DNA of 63,422 bases, filler included, from Nemertoderma westbladi (GCA_032718475.1; 3 parts of 3 records of this genome joined end to end with filler, not necessarily neighbours in it), one strand, 5' to 3'; counted from the first letter of the whole stretch, positions 33,743 through 49,450 are shown. Translations and numbers: made by a program. The notes: generated by a model not told the origin, from the letters alone.

Positions 33743-36700
33743 TGTCCAATCTTTCTCTACTATGATGTAGTTCATAATTGTCCAATCTTTCTCTACTATT
33801 ATGTAGATCTGTAATTGTCCAATCTTTCCCTATTATGATGTAGTTCTATAATTGTCCAATCTTTATCTATTATGATGTAGTTCTATAATTGTCCAATCTT
33901 TCTATATTATGACGTAGTTCTATAATTGTCCAATCTTTCTATATTATAATGTAGTTCTATAATTGTCCAATCTTTATCTATTATGATGTAGTTCTATAAT
34001 TGTCCAATCTTTATCTATTATAATGTAGTTCTATAATTGTCCAATCTTTCTATATTATGATGTAGTTCTATAATTGTCCAATCTTTATCTATTATGATGT
34101 AGTTCTATAATTGTCCAATCTTTCTATATTATGATGTAGTTCTATAATTGTCCAATCTTTATCTATTATGATGTAGTTCTATAATTGTCCAATCTTTATC
34201 TATTATAATGTAGTTCTATAATTGTCCAATCTTTATCTATTATAATGTAGTTCTATAATTGTCCAATCTTTCTATATTATGATGTAGTTCTATAATTTTC
34301 CAATCTTTATCTATTATAATGTAGTTCTATAATTGTCCAATCTTTCTCTATTATGATGTAGTTCTATAATTGTCCAATCTTTATCTATTATGATGTAGTT
34401 CTATAATTTTCCAATGTTTATCTATAATGATGTAGTTCTATAATTGTCCAATCTTTATCTATTATGATGTAGTTCTATAATTGTCCAATCTTTCTCTATT
34501 ATGATGTAGTTCTATAATTGTCCAATCTTTATCTATTAGGATGTAGTTCTATAATTGTCCAATCTTTATCTATTATAATGTAGTTCTATAATTGTCCAAT
34601 CTTTCTATATTATGATGTAGTTCTATAATTGTCCAATCTTTATCTATTATAATGTAGTTCTATAATTGTCCAATCTTTCTCTATTATGATGTAGTTCTAT
34701 AATTGTCCAATCTTTATCTATTATGATGTAGTTCTATAATTTTCCAATGTTTATCTATAATGATGTAGTTCTATAATTGTCCAATCTTTATCTATTATGA
34801 TGTAGTTCTATAATTGTCCAATCTTTATCTATAATGATGTAGTTCTATAATTGTCCAATCTTTATCTATAATGATGTAGTTCTATAATTGTCCAATCTTT
34901 ATCTATAATGATGTAGTTCTATAATTGTCCAATCGCTATCTATTATGATGTAGTTCTATAATTGTCCAATCTTTCTATATTATGATGTAGTTCTATAATT
35001 GTCCAATCTTTATCTATTATGATGTAGTTCTATAATTGTCCAATCTTTCTCTATTATGATGTAGTTCTATAATTGTCCAATCGCTATCTATTATGATGTA
35101 GTTCTATAATTGTCCAATCTTTCTCTATTATGATGTAGTTCTATAATTGTCCAATCTTTATCTATTATGATGTAGTTCTATAATTGTCCAATCTTTCTCT
35201 ATTATGATGTAGTTCTATAATTGTCCAATCGCTATCTATTATGATGTAGTTCTATAATTGTCCAATCTTTCTCTATTATGATGTAGTTCTATAATTGTCC
35301 AATCTTTATCTATTATGATGTAGTTCTATATTTGTCCAATCTTTCTATATTATGATGTAGTTCTATAATTGTCCAATCGCTATCTATTATGATGTAGTTC
35401 TATAATTGTCCAATCTTTATCTATTATGATGTAGTTCTATATTTGTCCAATCTTTGTATATTATGATGTAGTTCTATAATTGTCCAATCTTTCTCTATTA
35501 TGATGTAGTTCTATAATTGTCCAATCGCTATCTATTATGATGTAGTTCTATAATTGTCCAATCTTTATCTATTAGGATGTAGTTCTATAATTGTCCAATC
35601 TTTCTCTATTATGATGTAGTTCTATAATTGTCCAATCTTTATCTATAATGATGTAGTTCTATAATTGTCCAATCTTTCTCTATTATGATGTAGTTCTATA
35701 ATTGTCCAATCTTTATCTATAATGATGTAGTTCTATAATTGTCCAATCACTATCTATTATGATGTAGTTCTATAATTGTCCAATCTTTCTATATTATGAT
35801 GTAGTTCTATAATTGTCCAATCTTTCTCTATTATGATGTAGTTCTATAATTGTCCAATCTTTATCTATTATGATGTAGTTCTATAATTGTCCAATCTTTA
35901 TCTATAATGATGTAGTTCTATAATTGTCCAATCTTTCTATATTATGATGTAGTTCTATAATTGTCCAATCTTTCTCTATTATGATGTAGTTCTATAATTG
36001 TCCAATCTTTATCTATAATGATGTAGTTCTATAATTGTCCAATCGCTATCTATTATGATGTAGTTCTATAATTGTCCAATCTTTCTCTATTATGATGTAG
36101 TTCTATAATTGTCCAATCTTTATCTATTATGATGTAGTTCTATAATTGTCCAATCTTTATCTATAATGATGTAGTTCTATAATTGTCCAATCGCTATCTA
36201 TTATGATGTAGTTCTATAATTGTCCAATCTTTCTCTATTATGATGTAGTTCTATAATTGTCCAATCTTTATCTATTATGATGTAGTTCTATAATTGTCCA
36301 ATCTTTCTCTATTATGATGTAGTTCTATAATTGTCCAATCTTTCTCTATTATGATGTAGTTCTATAATTGTCCAATCTTTATCTATAATGATGTAGTTCT
36401 ATAATTGTCCAATCGCTATCTATTATGATGTAGTTCTATAATTGTCCAATCTTTCTCTATTATGATGTAGTTCTATAATTGTCCAATCTTTATCTATTAT
36501 GATGTAGTTCTATAATTGTCCAATCTTTATATATTATGATGTAGTTCTATAATTGTCCAATCTTTCTATATTATGATGTAGTTCTATAATTGTCCAATCT
36601 TTCTATATTATGATGTAGTTCTATAATTGTCCAATCTTTCTCTATTATGATGTAGTTCTATAATTGTCCAATCTTTCTCTATTATGATGTAGTTCTATAA

Positions 36701-39700
36701 TTGTCCAATCTTTATCTATAATGATGTAGTTCTATAATTGTCCAATCTTTCTATATTATGATGTAGTTCTATAATTGTCCAATCTTTCTCTATTATGATG
36801 TAGTTCTATAATTGTCCAATCTTTCTCTATTATGATGTAGTTCTATAATTGTCCAATCTTTATCTATAATGATGTAGTTCTATAATTGTCCAATCTTTCT
36901 ATATTATGATGTAGTTCTATAATTGTCCAATCTTTATCTATTATGATGTAGTTCTATAATTGTCCAATCTTTCTATATTATGATGTAGTTCTATAATTGT
37001 CCAATCTTTATCTATTATAATGTAGTTCTATAATTGTCCAATCTTTCTCTATTATGATGTAGTTCTATAATTGTCCAATCGCTATCTATTATGATGTAGT
37101 TCTATAATTGTCCAATCTTTCTCTATTATGATGTAGTTCTATAATTGTCCAATCTTTATCTATTATGATGTAGTTCTATAATTGTCCAATCTTTCTATAT
37201 TTTGATGTAGTTCTATAATTGTCCAATCTTTCTCTATTATGATGTAGTTCTATAATTGTCCAATCGCTATCTATTATGATGTAGTTCTATAATTGTCCAA
37301 TCTTTCTCTATTATGATGTAGTTCTATAATTGTCCAATCTTTATCTATTATGATGTAGTTCTATAATTGTCCAATCTTTCTATATTATGATGTAGTTCTA
37401 TAATTGTTCAATCTTTATCTATTATAATGTAGTTCTATAATTGTCCAATCTTTTTCTATTATGATGTAGTTCTATAATTGTCCAATCTTTCTATATTATG
37501 ATGTAGTTCTATAATTGTCCAATCTTTATCTATTATAATGTAGTTCTATAATTGTCCAATCTTTCTCTATTATGATGTAGTTCTATAATTGTCCAATCGC
37601 TATCTATTATGATGTAGTTCTATAATTGTCCAATCTTTCTCTATTATGATGTAGTTCTATAATTGTCCAATCTTTATCTATTATGATGTAGTTCTATAAT
37701 TGTCCAATCTTTCTATATTATGATGTAGTTCTATAATTGTCCAATCGCTATCTATTATGATAAGTTCTATAATTGTCCAATCTTTCTCTATTATGATGTA
37801 GTTCTATAATTGTCCAATCTTTATCTATAATGATGTAGTTCTATAATTGTCCAATCTTTCTATATTATGATGTAGTTCTATAATTGTCCAATCTTTATCT
37901 ATTATGATGTAGTTCTATAATTGTCCAATCTTTCTATATTATGATGTAGTTCTATAATTGTCCAATCTTTATCTATTATAATGTAGTTCTATAATTGTCC
38001 AATCTTTCTCTATTATGATGTAGTTCTATAATTGTCCAATCGCTATCTATTATGATGTAGTTCTATAATTGTCCAATCTTTCTCTATTATGATGTAGTTC
38101 TATAATTGTCCAATCTTTATCTATTATGATGTAGTTCTATAATTGTCCAATCGCTATCTATTATGATGTAGTTCTATAATTGTCCAATCTTTATCTATTA
38201 TGATGTAGTTCTATAATTGTCCAATCTTTCTATATTATGATGTACCGGTAGTTCTATAATTGTCCAATCTTTATCTATTATGATGTAGTTCTATAATTGT
38301 CCAATCTTTATATATTATAATGTAGTTCTATAATTGTCCAATCTTTCTATATTATTATGTAGTTCTATAATTGTCCAATCTTTATCTTTTATGATGTAGT
38401 TCTATAATTGTCCAATCGCTATCTATTATGATGTAGTTCTATAATTGTCAAATCTTTCTATATGATGATGTAGTTCTATAATTGCCCAATCTTTATCTAT
38501 TATAATGTAGGCCTAGTTCTATAATTGTCCAATCTTTCTATATTATGATGTAGTTCTATAATTGCCCAATCTTTATCTATTATAATGTAGTTCTATAATT
38601 GTCCAATCTTTCTATATTATGATGTAGTTCTATAATTGTCCAATCTTTATATATTATAATGTAGTTCTATAATTGTCCAATCTTTCTATATTATTATCAT
38701 GTAGTTCTATAATTGTCCAATCTTTATCTTTTATGATGTAGTTCTATAATTGTCCAATCGCTATCTATTATGATGTAGTTCTATAATTGTCCAATCTTTC
38801 TATATTATGATGTAGTTCTATAATTGTCCAATCTTTATATATTATAATGTAGTTCTATAATTGTCCAATCTTTCTATATTATTATGTAGTTCTATAATTG
38901 TCCAATCTTTATCTTTTATGATGTAGTTCTATAATTGTCCAATCGCTATCTATTATGATGTAGTTCTATAATTGTCCAATCTTTCTATATTATGATGTAG
39001 TTCTATAATTGCCCAATCTTTATCTATTATAATGTAGTTCTATAATTGTCCAATCTTTCTATATTATGATGTAGTTCTATAATTGTCCAATCTTTATCTA
39101 GGCCTATTATAATGTAGTTCTATAATTGTCCAATCTTTCTATATTATGATGTAGTTCTATAATTGTCCAATCTTTATATATTATAATGTAGTTCTATAAT
39201 TGTCCAATCTTTCTATATTATTATGTAGTTCTATAATTGTCCAATCTTTATCTATTATGATGTAGTTCTATAATTGTCCAATCTTTCTCTATTATGATGT
39301 AGTTCTATAATTGTCCAATCGCTATCTATTATGATGTAGTTCTATAATTGTCCAATCTTTCTCTATTATGATGTAGTTCTATAATTGTCCAATCTTTATC
39401 TATTATGATGTAGTTCTATATTTGTCCAATCTTTCTATATTATGATGTAGTTCTATAATTGTCCAATCGCTATCTATTATGATGTAGTTCTATAATTGTC
39501 CAATCTTTATCTATTATGATGTAGTTCTATATTTGTCCAATCTTTGTATATTATGATGTAGTTCTATAATTGTCCAATCTTTCTCTATTATGATGTAGTT
39601 CTATAATTGTCCAATCGCTATCTATTATGATGTAGTTCTATAATTGTCCAATCTTTATCTATTAGGATGTAGTTCTATAATTGTCCAATCTTTCTCTATT

Positions 39701-42700
39701 ATGATGTAGTTCTATAATTGTCCAATCTTTATCTATAATGATGTAGTTCTATAATTGTCCAATCTTTCTCTATTATGATGTAGTTCTATAATTGTCCAAT
39801 CTTTATCTATATTGATGTAGTTCTATAATTGTCCAATCGCTATCTATTATGATGTAGTTCTATAATTGTCCAATCTTTCTATATTATGATGTAGTTCTAT
39901 AATTGTCCAATCTTTCTCTATTATGATGTAGTTCTATAATTGTCCAATCTTTATCTATTATGATGTAGTTCTATAATTGTCCAATCTTTATCTATAATGA
40001 TGTAGTTCTATAATTGTCCAATCTTTCTATATTATGATGTAGTTCTATAATTGTCCAATCTTTCTCTATTATGATGTAGTTCTATAATTGTCCAATCTTT
40101 ATCTATAATGATGTAGTTCTATAATTGTCCAATCGCTATCTATTATGATGTAGTTCTATAATTGTCCAATCTTTCTCTATTATGATGTAGTTCTATAATT
40201 GTCCAATCTTTATCTATTATGATGTAGTTCTATAATTGTCCAATCTTTATCTATAATGATGTAGTTCTATAATTGTCCAATCGCTATCTATTATGATGTA
40301 GTTCTATAATTGTCCAATCTTTCTCTATTATGATGTAGTTCTATAATTGTCCAATCTTTATCTATTATGATGTAGTTCTATAATTGTCCAATCTTTATCT
40401 ATTATGATGTAGTTCTATAATTGTCCAATCTTTCTCTATTATGATGTAGTTCTATAATTGTCCAATCTTTATCTATAATGATGTAGTTCTATAATTGTCC
40501 AATCGCTATCTATTATGATGTAGTTCTATAATTGTCCAATCTTTCTATATTATGATGTAGTTCTATAATTGTCCAATCTTTATCTATTATGATGTAGTTC
40601 TATAATTGTCCAATCTTTCTATATTATGATGTAGTTCTATAATTGTCCAATCTTTCTCTATTATGATGTAGTTCTATAATTGTCCAATCTTTCTCTATTA
40701 TGAGGTAGTTCTATAATTGTCCAATCTTTATCTATAATGATGTAGTTCTATAATTGTCCAATCTTTCTATATTATGATGTAGTTCTATAATTGTCCAATC
40801 TTTATCTATTATGATGTAGTTCTATAATTGTCCAATCTTTCTATATTATGATGTAGTTCTATAATTGTCCAATCTTTATCTATTATAATGTAGTTCTATA
40901 ATTGTCCAATCTTTCTCTATTATGATGTAGTTCTATAATTGTCCAATCGCTATCTATTATGATGTAGTTCTATAATTGTCCAATCTTTCTCTATTATGAT
41001 GTAGTTCTATAATTGTCCAATCTTTATCTATTATGATGTAGTTCTATAATTGTCCAATCTTTCTATATTATGATGTAGTTCTATAATTGTTCAATCTTTC
41101 TCTATTATGATGTAGTTCTATAATTGTCCAATCGCTATCTATTATGATGTAGTTCTATAATTGTCCAATCTTTCTCTATTATGATGTAGTTCTATAATTG
41201 TCCAATCTTTATCTATTATGATGTAGTTCTATAATTGTCCAATCTTTCTATATTATGATGTAGTTCTATAATTGTCCAATCTTTATCTATTATAATGTAG
41301 TTCTATAATTGTCCAATCTTTCTCTATTATGATGTAGTTCTATAATTGTCCAATCTTTCTATATTATGATGTAGTTCTATAATTGTCCAATCTTTCTCTA
41401 TTATGATGTAGTTCTATAATTGTCCAATCTTTATCTATAATGATGTAGTTCTATAATTGTCCAATCGCTATCTATTATGATGTAGTTCTATAATTGTCCA
41501 ATCTTTCTCTATTATGATGTAATTCTATAATTGTCCAATCTTTATCTATTATGATGTAGTTCTATAATTGTCCAATCTTTATCTATAATGATGTAGTTCT
41601 ATAATTGTCCAATCGCTATCTATTATGATGTAGTTCTATAATTGTCCAATCTTTCTCTATTATGATGTAGTTCTATAATTGTCCAATCTTTATCTATTAT
41701 GATGTAGTTCTATAATTGTCCAATCTTTCTCTATTATGATGTAGTTCTATAATTGTCCAATCTTTCTCTATTATGATGTAGTTCTATAATTGTCCAATCT
41801 TTATCTATAATGATGTAGTTCTATAATTGTCCAATCGCTATCTATTATGATGTAGTTCTATAATTGTCCAATCTTTCTCTATTATGATGTAGTTCTATAA
41901 TTGTCCAATCTTTATCTATTATGATGTAGTTCTATAATTGTCCAATCTTTCTATATTATGATGTAGTTCTATAATTGTCCAATCTTTCTCTATTATGATG
42001 TAGTTCTATAATTGTCCAATCTTTCTCTATTATGAGGTAGTTCTATAATTGTCCAATCTTTATCTATAATGATGTAGTTCTATAATTGTCCAATCTTTCT
42101 ATATTATGATGTAGTTCTATAATTGTCCAATCTTTATCTATTATGATGTAGTTCTATAATTGTCCAATCTTTCTATATTATGATGTAGTTCTATAATTGT
42201 CCAATCTTTATCTATTATAATGTAGTTCTATAATTGTCCAATCTTTCTCTATTATGATGTAGTTCTATAATTGTCCAATCGCTATCTATTATGATGTAGT
42301 TCTATAATTGTCCAATCTTTCTCTATTATGATGTAGTTCTATAATTGTCCAATCTTTATCTATTATGATGTAGTTCTATAATTGTCCAATCTTTCTATAT
42401 TATGATGTAGTTCTATAATTGTCCAATCTTTCTCTATTATGATGTAGTTCTATAATTGTCCAATCGCTATCTATTATGATGTAGTTCTATAATTGTCCAA
42501 TCTTTCTCTATTATGATGTAGTTCTATAATTGTCCAATCTTTATCTATTATGATGTAGTTCTATAATTGTCCAATCTTTCTATATTATGATGTAGTTCTA
42601 TAATTGTCCAATCTTTATCTATTATAATGTAGTTCTATAATTGTCCAATCTTTCTCTATTATGATGTAGTTCTATAATTGTCCAATCTTTCTATATTATG

Positions 42701-45700
42701 ATGTAGTTCTATAATTGTCCAATCTTTATCTATTATAATGTAGTTCTATAATTGTCCAATCTTTCTCTATTATGATGTAGTTCTATAATTGTCCAATCGC
42801 TATCTATTATGATGTAGTTCTATAATTGTCCAATCTTTCTCTATTATGATGTAGTTCTATAATTGTCCAATCTTTATCTATTATGATGTAGTTCTATAAT
42901 TGTCCAATCTTTCTATATTATGATGTAGTTCTATAATTGTCCAATCTTTCTCTATTATGATGTAGTTCTATAATTGTCCAATCGCTATCTATTATGATGT
43001 AGTTCTATAATTGTCCAATCTTTCTATATTATGATGTAGTTCTATAATTGTCCAATCTTTATCTATTATAATGTAGTTCTATAATTGTCCAATCTTTCTC
43101 TATTATGATGTAGTTCTATAATTGTCCAATCGCTATCTATTATGATGTAGTTCTATAATTGTCCAATCTTTCTCTATTATGATGTAGTTCTATAATTGTC
43201 CAATCTTTATCTATTATAATGTAGTTCTATAATTGTCCAATCTTTCTCTATTATGATGTAGTTCTATAATTGTCCAATCGCTATCTATTATGATGTAGTT
43301 CTATAATTGTCCAATCTTTCTCTATTATGATGTAGTTCTATAATTGTCCAATCTTTATCTATTATGATGTAGTTCTATAATTGTCCAATCTTTATCTATA
43401 ATGATGTAGTTCTATAATTGTCCAATCGCTATCTATTATGATGTAGTTCTATAATTGTCCAATCTTTCTCTATTATGATGTAGTTCTATAATTGTCCAAT
43501 CTTTATCTATTATGATGTAGTTCTATAATTGTCCAATCTTTATCTATTATGATGTAGTTCTATAATTGTCCAATCTTTCTCTATTATGATGTAGTTCTAT
43601 AATTGTCCAATCTTTATCTATAATGATGTAGTTCTATAATTGTCCAATCGCTATCTATTATGATGTAGTTCTATAATTGTCCAATCTTTCTCTATTATGA
43701 TGTAGTTCTATAATTGTCCAATCTTTATCTATTATGATGTAGTTCTATAATTGTCCAATCTTTCTATATTATGATGTAGTTCTATAATTGTCCAATCTTT
43801 CTCTATTATGATGTAGTTCTATAATTGTCCAATCTTTCTCTATTATGAGGTAGTTCTATAATTGTCCAATCTTTATCTATAATGATGTAGTTCTATAATT
43901 GTCCAATCTTTCTATATTATGATGTAGTTCTATAATTGTCCAATCTTTATCTATTATGATGTAGTTCTATAATTGTCCAATCTTTCTATATTATGATGTA
44001 GTTCTATAATTGTCCAATCTTTATCTATTATAATGTAGTTCTATAATTGTCCAATCTTTCTCTATTATGATGTAGTTCTATAATTGTCCAATCGCTATCT
44101 ATTATGATGTAGTTCTATAATTGTCCAATCTTTCTCTATTATGATGTAGTTCTATAATTGTCCAATCTTTATCTATTATGATGTAGTTCTATAATTGTCC
44201 AATCTTTCTATATTATGATGTAGTTCTATAATTGTTCAATCTTTCTCTATTATGATGTAATTCTATAATTGTCCAATCGCTATCTATTATGATGTAGTTC
44301 TATAATTGTCCAATCTTTCTCTATTATGATGTAGTTCTATAATTGTCCAATCTTTATCTATTATGATGTAGTTCTATAATTGTCCAATCTTTCTATATTA
44401 TGATGTAGTTCTATAATTGTTCAATCTTTCTCTATTATGATGTAATTCTATAATTGTCCAATCGCTATCTATTATGATGTAGTTCTATAATTGTCCAATC
44501 TTTATCTATTATGATGTAGTTCTATAATTGTCCAATCTTTCTATATTATGATGTAGTTCTATAATTGTCCAATCTTTATCTATTATAATGTAGTTCTATA
44601 ATTGTCCAATCTTTATCTATTATGATGTAGTTCTATAATTGTCCAATCTTTCTCTATTATGATGTAGTTCTATAATTGTCCAATCTTTCTCTATTATGAT
44701 GTAGTTCTATAATTGTCCAATCGCTATCTATTATGATGTAGTTCTATAATTGTCCAATCTTTCTCTATTATGATGTAATTCTATAATTGTCCAATCTTTA
44801 TCTATTATGATGTAGTTCTATAATTGTCCAATCTTTATCTATAATGATGTAGTTCTATAATTGTCCAATCGCTATCTATTATGATGTAGTTCTATAATTG
44901 TCCAATCTTTCTCTATTATGATGTAGTTCTATAATTGTCCAATCTTTATCTATTATGATGTAGTTCTATAATTGTCCAATCTTTCTCTATTATGATGTAG
45001 TTCTATAATTGTCCAATCTTTCTCTATTATGATGTAGTTCTATAATTGTCCAATCTTTATCTATAATGATGTAGTTCTATAATTGTCCAATCGCTATCTA
45101 TTATGATGTAGTTCTATAATTGTCCAATCTTTCTCTATTATGATGTAGTTCTATAATTGTCCAATCTTTATCTATTATGATGTAGTTCTATAATTGTCCA
45201 ATCTTTCTATATTATGATGTAGTTCTATAATTGTCCAATCTTTCTCTATTATGATGTAGTTCTATAATTGTCCAATCTTTCTCTATTATGAGGTAGTTCT
45301 ATAATTGTCCAATCTTTATCTATAATGATGTAGTTCTATAATTGTCCATTTTTTCTATATTATGATGTAGTTCTATAATTGTCCAATCTTTATCTATTAT
45401 GATGTAGTTCTATAATTGTCCAATCTTTCTATATTATGATGTAGTTCTATAATTGTCCAATCTTTATCTATTATAATGTAGTTCTATAATTGTCCAATCT
45501 TTCTCTATTATGATGTAGTTCTATAATTGTCCAATCGCTATCTATTATGATGTAGTTCTATAATTGTCCAATCTTTCTCTATTATGATGTAGTTCTATAA
45601 TTGTCCAATCTTTATCTATTATGATGTAGTTCTATAATTGTCCAATCTTTCTATATTATGATGTAGTTCTATAATTGTCCAATCTTTCTCTATTATGATG

Positions 45701-48700
45701 TAGTTCTATAATTGTCCAATCGCTATCTATTATGATGTAGTTCTATAATTGTCCAATCTTTCTCTATTATGATGTAGTTCTATAATTGTCCAATCTTTAT
45801 CTATTATGATGTAGTTCTATAATTGTCCAATCTTTCTATATTATGATGTAGTTCTATAATTGTCCAATCTTTATCTATTATAATGTAGTTCTATAATTGT
45901 CCAATCTTTCTCTATTATGATGTAGTTCTATAATTGTCCAATCTTTCTATATTATGATGTAGTTCTATAATTGTCCAATCTTTATCTATTATAATGTAGT
46001 TCTATAATTGTCCAATCTTTCTCTATTATGATGTAGTTCTATAATTGTCCAATCGCTATCTATTATGATGTAGTTCTATAATTGTCCAATCTTTCTCTAT
46101 TATGATGTAGTTCTATAATTGTCCAATCTTTATCTATTATGATGTAGTTCTATAATTGTCCAATCTTTCTATATTATGATGTAGTTCTATAATTGTCCAA
46201 TCTTTCTCTATTATGATGTAGTTCTATAATTGTCCAATCGCTATCTATTATGATGTAGTTCTATAATTGTCCAATCTTTCTCTATTATGATGTAGTTCTA
46301 TAATTGTCCAATCTTTATCTATAATGATGTAGTTCTATAATTGTCCAATCTTTCTATATTATGATGTAGTTCTATAATTGTCCAATCTTTATCTATTATG
46401 ATTTAGTTCTATAATTGTCCAATCTTTCTATATTATGATGTAGTTCTATAATTGTCCAATCTTTATCTATTATAATGTAGTTCTATAATTGTCCAATCTT
46501 TCTCTATTATGATGTAGTTCTATAATTGTCCAATCGCTATCTATTATGATGTAGTTCTATAATTGTCCAATCTTTCTCTATTATGATGTAGTTCTATAAT
46601 TGTCCAATCTTTATCTATTATGATGTAGTTCTATAATTGTCCAATCGCTATCTATTATGATGTAGTTCTATAATTGTCCAATCTTTATCTATTATGATGT
46701 AGTTCTATAATTGTCCAATCTTTCTCTATTATGATGTAGTTCTATAATTGTCCAATCGCTATCTATTATGATGTAGTTCTATAATTGTCCAATCTTTCTC
46801 TATTATGATGTAGTTCTATAATTGTCCAATCTTTATCTATAATGATGTAGTTCTATAATTGTCCAATCTTTCTATATTATGATGTAGTTCTATAATTGTC
46901 CAATCTTTATCTATTATGATTTAGTTCTATAATTGTCCAATCTTTCTATATTATGATGTAGTTCTATAATTGTCCAATCTTTATCTATTATAATGTAGTT
47001 CTATAATTGTCCAATCTTTCTCTATTATGATGTAGTTCTATAATTGTCCAATCGCTATCTATTATGATGTAGTTCTATAATTGTCCAATCTTTCTCTATT
47101 ATGATGTAGTTCTATAATTGTCCAATCTTTATCTATTATGATGTAGTTCTATAATTGTCCAATCGCTATCTATTATGATGTAGTTCTATAATTGTCCAAT
47201 CTTTATCTATTATGATGTAGTTCTATAATTGTCCAATCGCTATCTATTATGATGTAGTTCTATAATTGTCCAATCTTTATCTATTATGATGTAGTTCTAT
47301 AATTGTCCAATCTTTATCTATTATGATGTAGTTCTATAATTGTCCAATCTTTATCTATTATGATGTAGTTCTATAATTGTCCAATCTTTCTCTATTATGA
47401 TGTAGTTCTATAATTGTCCAATCTTTCTCTATTATGATGTAGTTCTATAATTGTCCAATCTTTATCTATTATAATGTAGTTCTATAATTGTCCAATCTTT
47501 CTGTATTATGATGTAGTTCTATAATTGTCCAATCTTTATATATTATAATGTAGTTCTATAATTGTCCAATCTTTCTTTATTATTATGTAGTTCTATAATT
47601 GTCCAATCTTTATCTTTTATGATGTAGTTCTATAATTGTCCAATCGCTATCTATTATGATGTAGTTCTATAATTGTCCAATCTTTCTATATTATGATGTA
47701 GTTCTATAATTGCCCAATCTTTATCTATTATAATGTAGGCCTAGTTCTATAATTGTCCAATCTTTCTATATTATGATGTAGTTCTATAATTGCCCAATCT
47801 TTATCTATTATAATGTAGTTCTATAATTGTCCAATCTTTCTATATTATGATGTAGTTCTATAATTGTCCAATCTTTATATATTATAATGTAGTTCTATAA
47901 TTGTCCAATCTTTCTATATTATTATGTAGTTCTATAATTGTCCAATCTTTATCTTTTATGATGTAGTTCTATAATTGTCCAATCGCTATCTATTATGATG
48001 TAGTTCTATAATTGTCCAATCTTTCTATATTATGATGTAGTTCTATAATTGTCCAATCTTTATATATTATAATGTAGTTCTATAATTGTCCAATCTTTCT
48101 ATATTATTATGTAGTTCTATAATTGTCCAATCTTTATCTTTTATGATGTAGTTCTATAATTGTCCAATCGCTATCTATTATGATGTAGTTCTATAATTGT
48201 CCAATCTTTCTATATTATGATGTAGTTCTATAATTGCCCAATCTTTATCTATTATAATGTAGTTCTATAATTGTCCAATCTTTCTATATTATGATGTAGT
48301 TCTATAATTGTCCAATCTTTATCTATTATAATGTAGTTCTATAATTGTCCAATCTTTCTATATTATGATGTAGTTCTATAATTGTCCAATCTTTATATAT
48401 TATAATGTAGTTCTATAATTGTCCAATCTTTCTATATTATTATGTAGTTCTATAATTGTCCAATCTTTATCTTTTATGATGTAGTTCTATAATTGCCCAA
48501 TCTTTATCTATTATAATGTAGTTCTATAATTGTCCAATCTTTCTATATTATGATGTAGTTCTATAATTGTCCAATCTTTATCTATAATGATGTAGTTCTA
48601 TAATTGTCCAATCTTTCTATATTATGATGTAGTTCTATAATTGTCCAATCTTTATCTATTATGATGTAGTTCTATAATTGTCCAATCTTTCTATATTATG

Positions 48701-49450
48701 ATGTAGTTCTATAATTGTCCAATCTTTATCTATTATAATGTAGTTCTATAATTGTCCAATCTTTCTCTATTATGATGTAGTTCTATAATTGTCCAATCGC
48801 TATCTATTATGATGTAGTTCTATAATTGTCCAATCTTTCTCTATTATGATGTAGTTCTATAATTGTCCAATCTTTATCTATTATGATGTAGTTCTATAAT
48901 TGTCCAATCTTTCTATATTATGATGTAGTTCTATAATTGTCCAATCTTTCTCTATTATGATGTAGTTCTATAATTGTCCAATCGCTATCTATTATGATGT
49001 AGTTCTATAATTGTCCAATCTTTCTCTATTATGATGTAGTTCTATAATTGTCCAATCTTTATCTATTATGATGTAGTTCTATAATTGTCCAATCTTTCTA
49101 TATTATGATGTAGTTCTATAATTGTCCAATCTTTATCTATTATAATGTAGTTCTATAATTGTCCAATCTTTCTCTATTATGATGTAGTTCTATAATTGTC
49201 CAATCTTTCTATATTATGATGTAGTTCTATAATTGTCCAATCTTTATCTATTATAATGTAGTTCTATAATTGTCCAATCTTTCTCTATTATGATGTAGTT
49301 CTATAATTGTCCAATCGCTATCTATTATGATGTAGTTCTATAATTGTCCAATCTTTCTCTATTATGATGTAGTTCTATAATTGTCCAATCTTTATCTATT
49401 ATGATGTAGTTCTATAATTGTCCAATCTTTCTATATTATGATGTAGTTCT
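33743..49450. repeat. 37-bp satellite, >15.7 kb (~420 units), consensus ATTGTCCAATCTTTATCTATTATGATGTAGTTCTATA; runs into the gap
   Basis: Period 37 (e.g. 33851 to 33888); degenerate units at the left edge. Confidence 0.98.

Noticed and set aside
33743-49450. CRISPR array (37-bp repeat length)
   Set aside because: Units are head-to-tail with no unique spacers; no cas genes; eukaryotic context.
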